A stretch of 64,000 bases of DNA from Spirochaetaceae bacterium (GCA_007693325.1 REDW01000116.1:3609-67608), one strand, 5' to 3'. Shown: positions 45,468 to 54,715, counted from the first letter of the stretch. Numbers and translations: made by a program. Notes: a model not told the origin generated them from the letters alone.

Positions 45468-48181
45468 CAGAAGTCTGCGACTTCGATCTTATCTACGCGG
45501 TAGTGATACGGTGTTTCGTTGATCTCAAAGTGAAACTCCTGCTCCGGCTCGCGGTTGTAGAGCGCGTTGCCGAGCGGCGAGAGATACGATATCACGCCCT
45601 TCTCGGGGTTTGACTCCCACGGACCGAGTATCGTGTAACGCTCGCTGGTGCCGTCGATCATGTTGGTCAGCGATACGGTTGTGCCAAAGGTGACCGAGGA
45701 AGGATCAACATCGTTGGGCCGCACGATCTGGGCTCGATCGAGCTCCTCGGTCAGGCGCGCCGCGGTGCTGTTGAGCATATCCTGACGCTCCTTGGCGGCC
45801 TTGTATTCGGCGTTCTCCTTGAGATCGCCGTGCGACAGCGCCTCGCTGATCTCTTTGGAGTTTGCCGGTACGTCCACCTCGTGGATCTGTTTGAGCTGCT
45901 TCTGCTTCTCCTCGTACGCCTTGCTTGTTACGATGAAGCCACGGCTGACAACCTCTTTCTCCTGCTCGCCGTAGAACTTGAAATCGGGAAAGCGGTCGAG
46001 GATGGTCTGTTTGAGTTCCAGCACCAGCGAGGGATCAAGCTCTGTGACGTCGCTGACCAGCGTGAAGATACGATTGATGGAGTCCTCATCGGCTTCGCTG
46101 AGAAAGCTCAGCAGGTTACCCTCCTTGAACAGGAAGGTATGCACCTGGCGGTTCAACTTGCGATTCTCGGCAACGTCGCGGCGGTTGTCTACGTCGCGGG
46201 CTGTGAGGTCAAGAATGTGTACCATGCCGATGAGCAGTTTTTCGTAGTCAACGCTGATCTCCTGCAGCCAGGTGTCTTCAAGGCAGTTACGAACGATCCA
46301 GACAAAGGCCTCACGCCATTCGCGGTAATTCTGGAAAATATTGGTAACAAGCTTCTGCAATTCGTCGGTCTTCTGGTTGCGCTCGAGTTCGCCGATAATG
46401 TCGCGTGACAGATAGTAGGGGAACAGCCGAACGTAGTAGTGAGGCCAGTCGGGAAGCTGGGCTCGAATCTCGCGCAGGAACTTGCGCCGTAGTCCAGCGT
46501 CCGCAATCGCGGCGAAGAGCTCTTCAATGTTGTCGATCTGCTCGAACATGGCGCGGAAGTCGAGGTCGATTCCCGGGTTCAGGTAAGGATAGCTCTTGAC
46601 CAGGTCAAGCACAATCAGAAAGCTGGATACAACCTGCTCATTAACCGCCGACGGGGATCGCAGATCTGTTACGAAGAAATCAAACATTTCGCGAAACAGA
46701 TCGGAGTCGGGGCCGCTCTTCTCGCGTTTCTCAATGTGATCGACGTACTCGTAGAGCAGAGCAACGCGGTCGAAGAAGCCCTTGGCGGCCTTGAACTTGT
46801 TGTAGATCTTTTCTTCGTAGCTTATCGGATGGTCGCGCACCACGAAGTGGTCAGCCTTGTCCGACAGGTTGCCAAACTGCTGATTGGTCTTGAGAATCTG
46901 GCGAGCTTTAGTGCTCCACGACGACCACTCCCTGGGTTCGAGAATATGCGGCACCAGTTCAGCCTTGATCTTCTTCATATCTGCCGCGTTGCCGGAACTG
47001 CGGATAACGGTACGCAGCGCCCACGCGATGTTGCCTTTGACCTTATCGTGTAACTTGTCCTTCTTGATCACGCTGCGCAGAACCCAGATATGCTCTTTCG
47101 GCAGGGTATCAAGCGCACTGACCGCCATCTTGAGTGACATCTTGTGATTGCGTTTGCGCGCAAAATCGATGGTCACGGTATCATCGGCTACCGACTTTAT
47201 CAGCCCAACTCCCCAGGAGCGGTGGAAGACAAAGTTGCCGGAATCGAACGAGATATGCTTTTCGAAATCAGCGATAGCGTCGTGCACGTTGCGCCAGCTC
47301 TGGGTCATGTTGGAGACTTTGATGAACTCCTCCAGCTGGCTGTGGCCTGCGTAGAGCTCGCGATAGCACTCGGTGACTTCTTTGCGCGCCCACGGATTCT
47401 TGCTGTCGTAATTCAGGATGCGCTTGAGCAGATCGATAGCCCGCTCCCACGCGCCTTTCTTCTTGAAGTGGGGATAGAGATCCTCCAGCAGTTGAACCGC
47501 GCGGTCCTCGCTTAGAGACTTTGCGATTTTAGTCTCGGCGTGGTAGAAGAACTCGGTGTCCTCAGGCGCGTACTGGATCAGTCGGTGCCAGACCTCTTTA
47601 ACGGCGTTGAAGTTCTTCTTGTTGATGTAGCGGTGCAGTGCCTTCTTGTAGTAGTCAACGGCTTCCTCGATGTTGCCTTGCTGTTCTTTCTGGTCTGCAA
47701 GCTGGCGTACAATATCGGCTTCCTCGAAGTCAACACGGATGAGCTGTTCCCAAACACTGTGCAGTTTTTCAGACTGATTCTCGCTGGAGTAGCAGTCTGC
47801 CAGTGTTCGCAGCGCAACCTTGTTGGCGCCAAACTGCAGGATTCTCTCGGCGAGAAACTCGACAATTCCCCACTTTCGGTTGTCGGTGAATATGTTAATC
47901 AGCGTGATGAGATTGGCGTCGTCGACAACCTGGCGGCGCAGATGGATCACCCCCGAGAGATAGAGTGCTATGATGCTGTTACGGCTGTGCTGCAGGTGCT
48001 CCTGACACGCTTCGTTGACTTCGTCTTCAAGTCCGGCTTCGAACACCTGATCGAGCATCTCGTCGAGTTCCTCGAAGTTGTGGGTCGTATAATTGTTGAG
48101 TGTAGCGCGGGTCCACTTTTCCTCGTTGAGCGCCTCCGTGACTGTCGCCAGCGTGCTGTGCGTGAGCGTTTTTTCCGCCAT
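45467..48181 (-). CDS. greA: Giant GreA-family transcript cleavage factor (~740 aa unknown N-terminal region + GreA module)
   Basis: C-terminal ~160 aa: GDLKENAEYKAAKERQDML (Gre coiled-coil tip) and a GreA/B C-terminal domain (VTFGTTVSL...YTILGPWESNPEKGVISYLSPLGNALY). ATG at 48181 is preceded by AGGAG; the ORF-track TTG at 48202 is less likely. Confidence 0.85.
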   Translation of the reverse strand: MAEKTLTHSTLATVTEALNEEKWTRATLNNYTTHNFEELDEMLDQVFEAGLEDEVNEACQEHLQHSRNSIIALYLSGVIHLRRQVVDDANLITLINIFTDNRKWGIVEFLAERILQFGANKVALRTLADCYSSENQSEKLHSVWEQLIRVDFEEADIVRQLADQKEQQGNIEEAVDYYKKALHRYINKKNFNAVKEVWHRLIQYAPEDTEFFYHAETKIAKSLSEDRAVQLLEDLYPHFKKKGAWERAIDLLKRILNYDSKNPWARKEVTECYRELYAGHSQLEEFIKVSNMTQSWRNVHDAIADFEKHISFDSGNFVFHRSWGVGLIKSVADDTVTIDFARKRNHKMSLKMAVSALDTLPKEHIWVLRSVIKKDKLHDKVKGNIAWALRTVIRSSGNAADMKKIKAELVPHILEPREWSSWSTKARQILKTNQQFGNLSDKADHFVVRDHPISYEEKIYNKFKAAKGFFDRVALLYEYVDHIEKREKSGPDSDLFREMFDFFVTDLRSPSAVNEQVVSSFLIVLDLVKSYPYLNPGIDLDFRAMFEQIDNIEELFAAIADAGLRRKFLREIRAQLPDWPHYYVRLFPYYLSRDIIGELERNQKTDELQKLVTNIFQNYREWREAFVWIVRNCLEDTWLQEISVDYEKLLIGMVHILDLTARDVDNRRDVAENRKLNRQVHTFLFKEGNLLSFLSEADEDSINRIFTLVSDVTELDPSLVLELKQTILDRFPDFKFYGEQEKEVVSRGFIVTSKAYEEKQKQLKQIHEVDVPANSKEISEALSHGDLKENAEYKAAKERQDMLNSTAARLTEELDRAQIVRPNDVDPSSVTFGTTVSLTNMIDGTSERYTILGPWESNPEKGVISYLSPLGNALYNREPEQEFHFEINETPYHYRVDKIEVADF

Positions 48182-48198
48182 TTTCTTCTGCTCCTGTC

Positions 48199-49152
48199 TC
48201 AATTGGTGTACTGATGATAGATTTTGGAATCGATACTGCGAATCTTCAGCAGTACTTCGTCGATCTTGCTCTGGTCTTCCTGCGTATTCACGTAGTGATC
48301 GATTAACCAGAAGTAGCGGTTGAACAAGCGCGCCTGGAGCACAACATCGGGCTGTCGGCGGTCGCTATACTCACGCTCCAGGGCGTAGATAGACTGTTTC
48401 AACTTGCCGTACTCTATGGAACGAAGCTCTCTTTTTACCGTGAACACGCCAAACAACACTCCGTACACCGGGATCCACTCTTCGAGGGCCGGGCTTTCAA
48501 GCCCTAACTCACGAACCTTATCCACCAGTCGGTTTATCATCTCCGACTCGAGTGCCTGAAGGTCGATCGCTTGCGCTCCAATGAAGAACGCTTCACGGAA
48601 GAACGCTTTCGACTTCTGCACCTCGTTTACTAACGCATAGCAGTCGGCGAGTTCCGCTACCGTCTGCGGATCGTCACGCCGGCCCACCGAAGCCTGCTCG
48701 AGATACTCGAGTGCCCGATCGTATTCCCCCATTCCTTTGTAGCAGCGCCCCAAACGCGTCAGCAGCTCAGAGTCACTGTTGCCGGAATCATCGTACAGCT
48801 TGAGATAGTGCTCCAGCGCCTGTCCGAATACGTGATGGCGGATGGCGTAGAGGCACGTCTCCGACGGGTTTCCCACGCGGTCTACAAAGCTGTGAAACAG
48901 TCTCCACTGACCCAGCAGATACTCAGCACGTTCGAACTGCTCGGGAATTGCGTCAGCTGTCGCTTGACGATCTTTCCAGAAGTTCACATACTTCAACGAA
49001 GTGACAACCTCCTGGTTGTCGAAGTCAATCGATAGCGCGCGTTGGATCAGCTCTGCAGCTTCGCTTATGCGCCGCTGCTTGAGTAGATCGTATGACTGGT
49101 CCAACAGGCTCTGAACCTGCTCTTCGTCTTCTCGTACATGATCCTGGGACAT
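48199..49152 (-). CDS. Hypothetical TPR-like protein, co-transcribed with giant greA
   Basis: ~318 aa. TPR-like helix pairs (AELIQRALSIDFDN; LGRCYKGMGEYDRALEYLEQA; AELADCYALVNEVQKSKAFFREA). Stop lies 17 nt upstream of the greA ATG. Start is ATG 49152 or GTG 49170. Confidence 0.6.
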   Translation of the reverse strand: MSQDHVREDEEQVQSLLDQSYDLLKQRRISEAAELIQRALSIDFDNQEVVTSLKYVNFWKDRQATADAIPEQFERAEYLLGQWRLFHSFVDRVGNPSETCLYAIRHHVFGQALEHYLKLYDDSGNSDSELLTRLGRCYKGMGEYDRALEYLEQASVGRRDDPQTVAELADCYALVNEVQKSKAFFREAFFIGAQAIDLQALESEMINRLVDKVRELGLESPALEEWIPVYGVLFGVFTVKRELRSIEYGKLKQSIYALEREYSDRRQPDVVLQARLFNRYFWLIDHYVNTQEDQSKIDEVLLKIRSIDSKIYHQYTN

Positions 49153-49182
49153 GACTGTTCGGCGACACACCTATGTATATAG

Positions 49183-49212
49183 AGAATACCCCATCGGGCA
49201 CGAGATAGTCAA
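49183..49212 (-). promoter_or_regulatory. Possible promoter for the TPR-like/greA operon (TTGACT-18-TATTCT)
   Basis: Minus strand: TTGACT (49212-49207), 18 nt spacer, TATTCT (49188-49183). Confidence 0.3.
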
Positions 49213-49260
49213 CGCGTCCGGGCGATGCCGCGCTCTCGGTTGGCTTGTTGGTTTTACCAT

Positions 49261-49289
49261 TTGAACCGAGAGCCGGCATGCGCTATGAT
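49261..49289 (+). promoter_or_regulatory. Sigma70-like promoter (TTGAAC-17-TATGAT) for the 49330-52839 operon
   Basis: TTGAAC 49261-49266, 17 nt spacer, TATGAT 49284-49289, 40 nt upstream of ATG 49330. Confidence 0.45.
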
Positions 49290-49329
49290 GAGGTGATAAT
49301 CGAGCCAACGTCCGAGAAGAGAGGCTGAC

Positions 49330-50262
49330 ATGAAGTATCGAGTACGTGTCCTGTTGCTGTGTGCCTTGTCGTTGCTGCTGACAGCCGCACTGTCGGCGGA
49401 AACGCAACAGGCGGCGCGCGAGCGCTTCGATCAAGCCATGACGCTATTTGCCGAGGGTGAACTGGAGCAGGCTGCGCTGCAGTTGAGGCGCGTTGCTGAA
49501 TCCGCTGCCGGTGAACGTTTGCATCCGGAAGCGTGGTTCTGGTTGGGCAGAGTGCGCCTTGCGCAGCAGGATGCCCTTGAGGCCGGCCGCTATTTTGACC
49601 ACTTGATCAACTCGTATCCAGATCATCCACGTGTGCCCGAGGCGCTGTATCATCGGGCGCGGGCACTGCTGATCGGCGGAGATTATCAACAGGCAGTGGT
49701 ACAGTTTGAAGAGTTTGTGAGTCGGTACCCGGACTCGGCCTACGTGGCCAACGCGTACTACTGGTCCGGCGAGGCTCTGCTGGCGCTGGGACATCGCGAG
49801 CGTGCCGCACGGCTGTTTGAAACAGTTGTTGATGATTACCCGAGTAGTTTCCGCGTTGAGGCGGCCGGCTACCGTTTGTCACTGATCCAACTGAGCGAAC
49901 GCGATGAACAGCTGCAGCGGCTGCTGCAGTGGAGCCATGAAGAGCATCTGCGTACCATCGAGGCGTTTGAGCGCTCGCGCCAGGCCTGGCAAGACGCGCT
50001 GGCGGCCTATCGAGACGGTGCCGCCGGCGAGCTGTCTGTTGATGAGCGCGAGGTGGGGCGCCTGCACGAAGAGATCGCCGAGCTGGTGAACCAGCTGGAA
50101 GCGGCGCGGACGGAATTGCAGGAAGTTCGCGCCGCGCGCGGCGATGCCGTGGCGGTTGAGGGGGATCTGGCCAACCGGCTGCGGGTTGCCGAAATCAAGG
50201 AACAGGCGCTGATGGTCAAGGAGCGTCTGCTTCGCGATCTTGAGTTGGAGCGCGCACGATGA
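49330..50262 (+). CDS. Exported TPR (YbgF/CpoB-like) + coiled-coil protein
   Basis: Signal peptide MKYRVRVLLLCALSLLLTAALSA. TPR units (FWLGRVRLAQQDALEAGRYFDHLINSYPDHPRVPEALY; ANAYYWSGEALLALGHRERAARLFETVVDDYP). C-terminal heptad-like charged region. Confidence 0.7.
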   Translation: MKYRVRVLLLCALSLLLTAALSAETQQAARERFDQAMTLFAEGELEQAALQLRRVAESAAGERLHPEAWFWLGRVRLAQQDALEAGRYFDHLINSYPDHPRVPEALYHRARALLIGGDYQQAVVQFEEFVSRYPDSAYVANAYYWSGEALLALGHRERAARLFETVVDDYPSSFRVEAAGYRLSLIQLSERDEQLQRLLQWSHEEHLRTIEAFERSRQAWQDALAAYRDGAAGELSVDEREVGRLHEEIAELVNQLEAARTELQEVRAARGDAVAVEGDLANRLRVAEIKEQALMVKERLLRDLELERAR

Positions 50263-51278
50263 GAACTCTGGCTGCAGCGCTGATTCTGCTGCTATTGGCG
50301 GGCACACTCGCGGCAGAGCAGCCGGTTTCCGCCGAGATTGCCGATAGTCGGATGGCGGTTGCGGTGCATGAGCGCAGTGGCAGCTTCTCGCTGTATGCGC
50401 TGCTGCCCGGGCAGCAGCGCGTGCCTTTACTGTTTGCGCCCGACCCGAGCACCAGCGTGCTGAGCGTGCTGGAGAACGACCGGATTCATCGCATGGGGTT
50501 CGGTGGTGGGTTTGAGCAGAGTATTGATCACCAGCCAGGGTCCCTGGCGCTGCGCTGGAGGTCGCCAACGCTGGAGATCGAGCAGCGCTTCACTACCGCC
50601 AACGCGATAGAGGGTAGTGCAGATGGAGAGATCAGTGTCACCAACCGCTCCGAAACGCCGCGGCGTGTGGCGTTGCGCTACGTTCTGGACACCTGGCTCG
50701 GAGAACAGCACGGCGTCCATTTTGAGACCGCCGACGGGCAAGCGCACGATAGCGAGTACCTGATGCAGCCGGATGCCGGCAACGGCTACTGGGTATCATC
50801 GGATTCGCGGGTCTCACTGGTCTACCTGGTTGCCGGCCCGGCGGTAAGCGATGCCGATGCGGTGGTGTTTGCCAACTGGAAGCGGCTGAAGGATGTTCGC
50901 TGGGATTACGCGGTCAATCCGCAGCGCTCGTTCGATCTTATCCCTTATTCGATGAATGATTCAGCGGCTGCGGTATACTACGCCGGCGGCATGATTGAAC
51001 CTGGCGGCAGCTATTCGGTTCGGTTTATTGTTGGGGTCCGAGACAGCCTGGGGCGGCTTAGTCAGGTGGAGCAGCGGCCGCCTGAGCGCGATAGTGCAGC
51101 GCAACCACCGCCGCGCGCTCGCGATCGGCGTAGCATCGAACGTGATCTCGACGCCGTAAACGCGCTGCTGCGCGACATCAACCGCCGCCTGGCTTCCGAG
51201 CGGCAGGTGACCGATAGCGAAGTTGACGCGCTGCGTGAACGTCTGCCGGCGCTCAACGATGGACAGCGCTCGCGTTGA
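50259..51278 (+). CDS. Hypothetical exported protein
   Basis: ATGA overlap with the upstream gene. Signal peptide MRTLAAALILLLLAGTLAAEQ. No domain recognised. Charged C-terminal tail. Confidence 0.65.
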   Translation: MRTLAAALILLLLAGTLAAEQPVSAEIADSRMAVAVHERSGSFSLYALLPGQQRVPLLFAPDPSTSVLSVLENDRIHRMGFGGGFEQSIDHQPGSLALRWRSPTLEIEQRFTTANAIEGSADGEISVTNRSETPRRVALRYVLDTWLGEQHGVHFETADGQAHDSEYLMQPDAGNGYWVSSDSRVSLVYLVAGPAVSDADAVVFANWKRLKDVRWDYAVNPQRSFDLIPYSMNDSAAAVYYAGGMIEPGGSYSVRFIVGVRDSLGRLSQVEQRPPERDSAAQPPPRARDRRSIERDLDAVNALLRDINRRLASERQVTDSEVDALRERLPALNDGQRSR

Positions 51279-51286
51279 GGCCACAG

Positions 51287-52387
51287 ATGCCGAAGAAGAC
51301 CAGGGGACTGAAGAAAGCCGAGCGGCTGTTCCGTGCCGCGCGTTACAGCGAGGTAATCCGGGTTCTGGAGCCGCAGGTCTTTCTCTACCGCGAGAACGCC
51401 GAGTTCTACTATCTGCTCGGCGTCAGCTGCCTGCGAACCGGGGATGCCGCCGGCGCATACTCATTCCTCAGTCGTGCTACCCATATCAACTCCGACGACG
51501 TGGCTGCAATGCTGGCATTGGCTGCAACCGAGATCCGTCGGCGTCGTTCCGACGAGGCGCTCCAGCTGTGGCTGGCGGTACTGGAGCTGGATCCGCGTAA
51601 CGTGATTGCCAGGCGCGGACTGAAGCTGTTGCGCGCAGCCGATTCCGAGGCCGCGATTCACGAAGCGGTGCAGGATGAACGGATTACGCGCTTTCTGCCC
51701 TCATCCGGTGTAGCGCTGCCGCGCTGGGTATGGGCAGCCGCAGCTGTGGCAGCCGTTGCGGTCGCCGTTGTAGTGGTTACACCGCTGATTGCCTCGTGGC
51801 TGGCAGAGCGCAGCGTGGACCAACCGGAGCGCAGCGGCAGCGAGTTGGTGCTCATTGAGCGCGATGAGGACGCGCTTGTCGACTACCAGGGCCAGTTCCG
51901 CTACGCGCTTACCGAGCCCGAAATCCGCCAGAGCTTTCAGCGCATGGGAGACTATTTCAACGCGTTCCGTGACAACCTGGCGATGATCGAGATCAATCGG
52001 GTGCTGAACTCCAATGCGTCATCAGATCTGAAGCGTCGCGCTTCGTTACTGGCAGACTACATTCGTGCGCCGAGCTTTGCGGATTTCTCCGACAACGCCA
52101 GTTACGCCGAGGTGGTGCGCGAGCCGTGGCTTTACGCCAATAGCTACGTTCGCTGGTCCGGGCGTATCAGTAACCTGGATATTGGCGAGCAACAGATCAG
52201 CTTTGATCTGTTGGTAGGATACGAAACCGAGCGTGTTCTCGAGGGCATTGTGCCGGTGCGTATGAGTTTTGCCGCGCGGCTGCAGCCGGCGATGTCGGTC
52301 GAAATCATCGGCCGGGTTGTGGCAAACGATCGGCTGCGTGAGATAGAAGCCACCTCAATACGCATGATTGCGCCGCAGGCCAACTGA
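51287..52387 (+). CDS. Bitopic membrane protein with N-terminal TPR region
   Basis: ATG 51287 (alt TTG 51275 overlapping the upstream stop). TPR-like N-terminus (AEFYYLLGVSCLRTGDAAGAYSFLSRATHINSDD; EALQLWLAVLELDPRN). Single TM WVWAAAAVAAVAVAVVVVTPLIASWL. ~190 aa C-terminal extracytoplasmic domain. Confidence 0.65.
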   Translation: MPKKTRGLKKAERLFRAARYSEVIRVLEPQVFLYRENAEFYYLLGVSCLRTGDAAGAYSFLSRATHINSDDVAAMLALAATEIRRRRSDEALQLWLAVLELDPRNVIARRGLKLLRAADSEAAIHEAVQDERITRFLPSSGVALPRWVWAAAAVAAVAVAVVVVTPLIASWLAERSVDQPERSGSELVLIERDEDALVDYQGQFRYALTEPEIRQSFQRMGDYFNAFRDNLAMIEINRVLNSNASSDLKRRASLLADYIRAPSFADFSDNASYAEVVREPWLYANSYVRWSGRISNLDIGEQQISFDLLVGYETERVLEGIVPVRMSFAARLQPAMSVEIIGRVVANDRLREIEATSIRMIAPQAN

Positions 52388-52389
52388 AC

Positions 52390-52839
52390 ATGCGTGCCGT
52401 AATTCAGCGGGTATCGAGCTGCCGCGTTGCAAGCGGCGCAGAGGTGTCCGCATCTATCGATAGCGGTCTGCTGGTCTACGTTGGTGTTGCTCACGACGAC
52501 CAGCAACGCGATCTGCAATACGTAGCCGACAAGATTGTGCATCTGCGGGTCTTTGATGACGACCAGGGCCGAATGAACCGCGATGTCAGGCAGGCGGGCG
52601 CGGCGGTGGTGGTGGTTTCACAATTCACGCTCTACGGCGACACGCGCAAAGGCCGCCGGCCGTCTTACAATCGCGCAGCCGCGCCGGCCGATGCGCAGCT
52701 GCTCTATCGGGCGCTGATCGACCTCATATCGGGCTACGGCGTAGTGGTTGGTGAGGGAGTGTTCCAGGCGCACATGGACGTGCACAGCGTGATTGACGGG
52801 CCGGTCACTATACTGGTGGACTCGCGCAAAGAGTTCTGA
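52390..52839 (+). CDS. dtd: D-aminoacyl-tRNA deacylase
   Basis: MRAVIQRVSS...GLLVYVGV...VVSQFTLYGDTRKGRRPSY...DGPVTILVDS. Starts 2 nt after the upstream stop. Confidence 0.93.
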   Translation: MRAVIQRVSSCRVASGAEVSASIDSGLLVYVGVAHDDQQRDLQYVADKIVHLRVFDDDQGRMNRDVRQAGAAVVVVSQFTLYGDTRKGRRPSYNRAAAPADAQLLYRALIDLISGYGVVVGEGVFQAHMDVHSVIDGPVTILVDSRKEF

Positions 52840-52897
52840 GACGCCCGGCTGTGGCGTGGCCGCCGCGGCGCAGAATCAGAGTTTGTCCGGTTGGTTG

Positions 52898-54004
52898 TCA
52901 GATAAAGAGCTTGAGCGAGGAGTTCAAATAATCGCGGCAGTTGAAGTCCTCAAAGAACGGCGACAGCGACTGCTCTTGATTGAGGCGCATGATAATCTCG
53001 GCACTGCGCCGTGCCGAAGAAACCACGTGCAGGAACGGCATCTGCTGACGAAGTGTTTCGGGGCAGGCCACGGTGTCAACCACCACGGCACGATCGAGTA
53101 GCCCGTCATCGTAGAGTGACTTCAAGCGCGCAATTGCCGGATCTGAAAACACCGGATGGACCGAGGCGATGTTTATACTGGCAACGTTGCGCTTGCGCAA
53201 CTCCTTGACCAGCGTGTAGACGCTACCGGCGGTATCGATCATGTCGTCTACGACCCAGACCTCTTTGCCCTCGATCGGAGTGTCGGACAGAATATTTACC
53301 GATTCAACGGTATTGGCCTGCTGGTAGTCGCGATGCTTGTGCGCGATCATCAGCCGCGTGCCGAACGCGTTGGCGTAGCGCTTGGCGATGCCCTCACTTC
53401 CGGCATCTACCGAACAGAAGAGCCACTCCTTCTGGACTACCTGTTCCAGGTACTGCGAGGTTTTGATGAAGTTGTCTGTTAGGTACTCTTTGATCAACGA
53501 GCCAACCGGTACATCGTCAATTGCGCAGAGCGCAGGGTCAATCGCGGTCTTGGACTTGTCCGAGTGCAACTGGTAGGTGATGATATGATCCAAACCAAGA
53601 CTTACCAGTGTCTTGTAGTGGACCCAGAAGCCCACTGAGTTGCGCCGCGTGGTGCGGTCCGAGCGCGAAGCCGAACAGTAGGGTTCAAACAGTGTAATGC
53701 GGCCGGCCTGCGCGCGGCGCAGTGCATCGATGCTGTGGTAGAGCTCGATCTTGGCCTCATCAACCTCAACACCAAACTCGTTGCGGCTGGCGGTTGCAAA
53801 CAGGAAAACGTCCTTACCGCGCAGCGACGTATGCACCTCGACTTCCATCTCGCCATCGGCGAATCGCAGGGTTGTGAGCTTGCCGACAAAGTCGCGCTGT
53901 TTACCGCTGCCGCGGTAGTCGGGAAAGGTTTCGATCTGAAAGGCAACACGCGAGGCGTACTCTCTCATCGAACGGGTCGAAAGTATGAGCAATTCTCCAC
54001 GCAT
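52898..54004 (-). CDS. prs: Ribose-phosphate pyrophosphokinase, long divergent form
   Basis: RFADGEMEVEV, LFEPYCSASRSDR, PRPP loop VWVVDDMIDTAGSV. ~368 aa, longer than the ~315 aa typical enzyme. ATG 54004 (alt GTG 54010). Confidence 0.85.
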   Translation of the reverse strand: MRGELLILSTRSMREYASRVAFQIETFPDYRGSGKQRDFVGKLTTLRFADGEMEVEVHTSLRGKDVFLFATASRNEFGVEVDEAKIELYHSIDALRRAQAGRITLFEPYCSASRSDRTTRRNSVGFWVHYKTLVSLGLDHIITYQLHSDKSKTAIDPALCAIDDVPVGSLIKEYLTDNFIKTSQYLEQVVQKEWLFCSVDAGSEGIAKRYANAFGTRLMIAHKHRDYQQANTVESVNILSDTPIEGKEVWVVDDMIDTAGSVYTLVKELRKRNVASINIASVHPVFSDPAIARLKSLYDDGLLDRAVVVDTVACPETLRQQMPFLHVVSSARRSAEIIMRLNQEQSLSPFFEDFNCRDYLNSSLKLFI

Positions 54005-54031
54005 AGGCACTATATAGCACGCAGCAGCGGT

Positions 54032-54715
54032 TCAGTCAAACATAGCGGCGGCTGTTGCGCGCGCCAGCAGCACCAGTTCCCGATCGCGCAAGGCGCGGCG
54101 GATCTCATCGATCAGTCGCGCAAGCGCAGGATCGGGCCGCAGCGCTGCCGCCTGGAAGTAATGGCGCGCCAGCCTGCGCCACGGTGCATCCAGCCTGCCG
54201 GCGGATCGCTGCGTGCGATCCAGCAGCTGGTTGGCAGCGTGCATCAGAACCGTGTTTGGTGGTGGCCAACGGTACGCGGTAGAGAGCCGGAAGAAAACCG
54301 TTTGGAGGGTGGAATCTTCGATGCGGTGGTATTCCCGGGCCAGCAGCTCCAGACTGAGTGCCGGAACCTGTTCAGTACGAGGTGAGCCGTCGGGCTGCAG
54401 CATGGCACGCTCCAGGTAGTGAGCAGCCAGCATATGGCTCACCCAGCGGCGGTGCGACCGCAGCCCGTTGACAAGCGATTGCAGCAGTTCGGGCCGTTCA
54501 TCCGGATGTTCCGCGGCACCACTGAGAATCTCAAACGCATCCGCCAGGGTAGCATCGGCCAGGGCGGCAATCAGTGCTTCATCGTGCACAGTGCGGCCGA
54601 ATTGTCGCAGCGGAGAAGCTTGTAGTGGTGCCGTGCAGAGCGCGGCTGTGGCGCAAAACGCGATCAGAAGAATGCTCTTGCGGCCTCTGCCTGGCAGGAC
54701 GGTGGCGCATTTCAC
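54032..54715 (-). CDS. Hypothetical exported protein
   Basis: GTG start. Signal-like KSILLIAFCATAALCTAPLQA. Helical, Ala/Leu/Arg-rich. No domain recognised. Lies 21-27 nt upstream of prs on the same strand. Confidence 0.55.
   Translation of the reverse strand: MKCATVLPGRGRKSILLIAFCATAALCTAPLQASPLRQFGRTVHDEALIAALADATLADAFEILSGAAEHPDERPELLQSLVNGLRSHRRWVSHMLAAHYLERAMLQPDGSPRTEQVPALSLELLAREYHRIEDSTLQTVFFRLSTAYRWPPPNTVLMHAANQLLDRTQRSAGRLDAPWRRLARHYFQAAALRPDPALARLIDEIRRALRDRELVLLARATAAAMFD

Noticed and set aside
52845-52885. GC-rich partial palindrome (CGCCGCGGCG) in the convergent dtd/prs gap, as a possible bidirectional terminator.
   Set aside because: Only about 3-4 bp of stem could form around a minimal loop, and no U-run follows on either strand.
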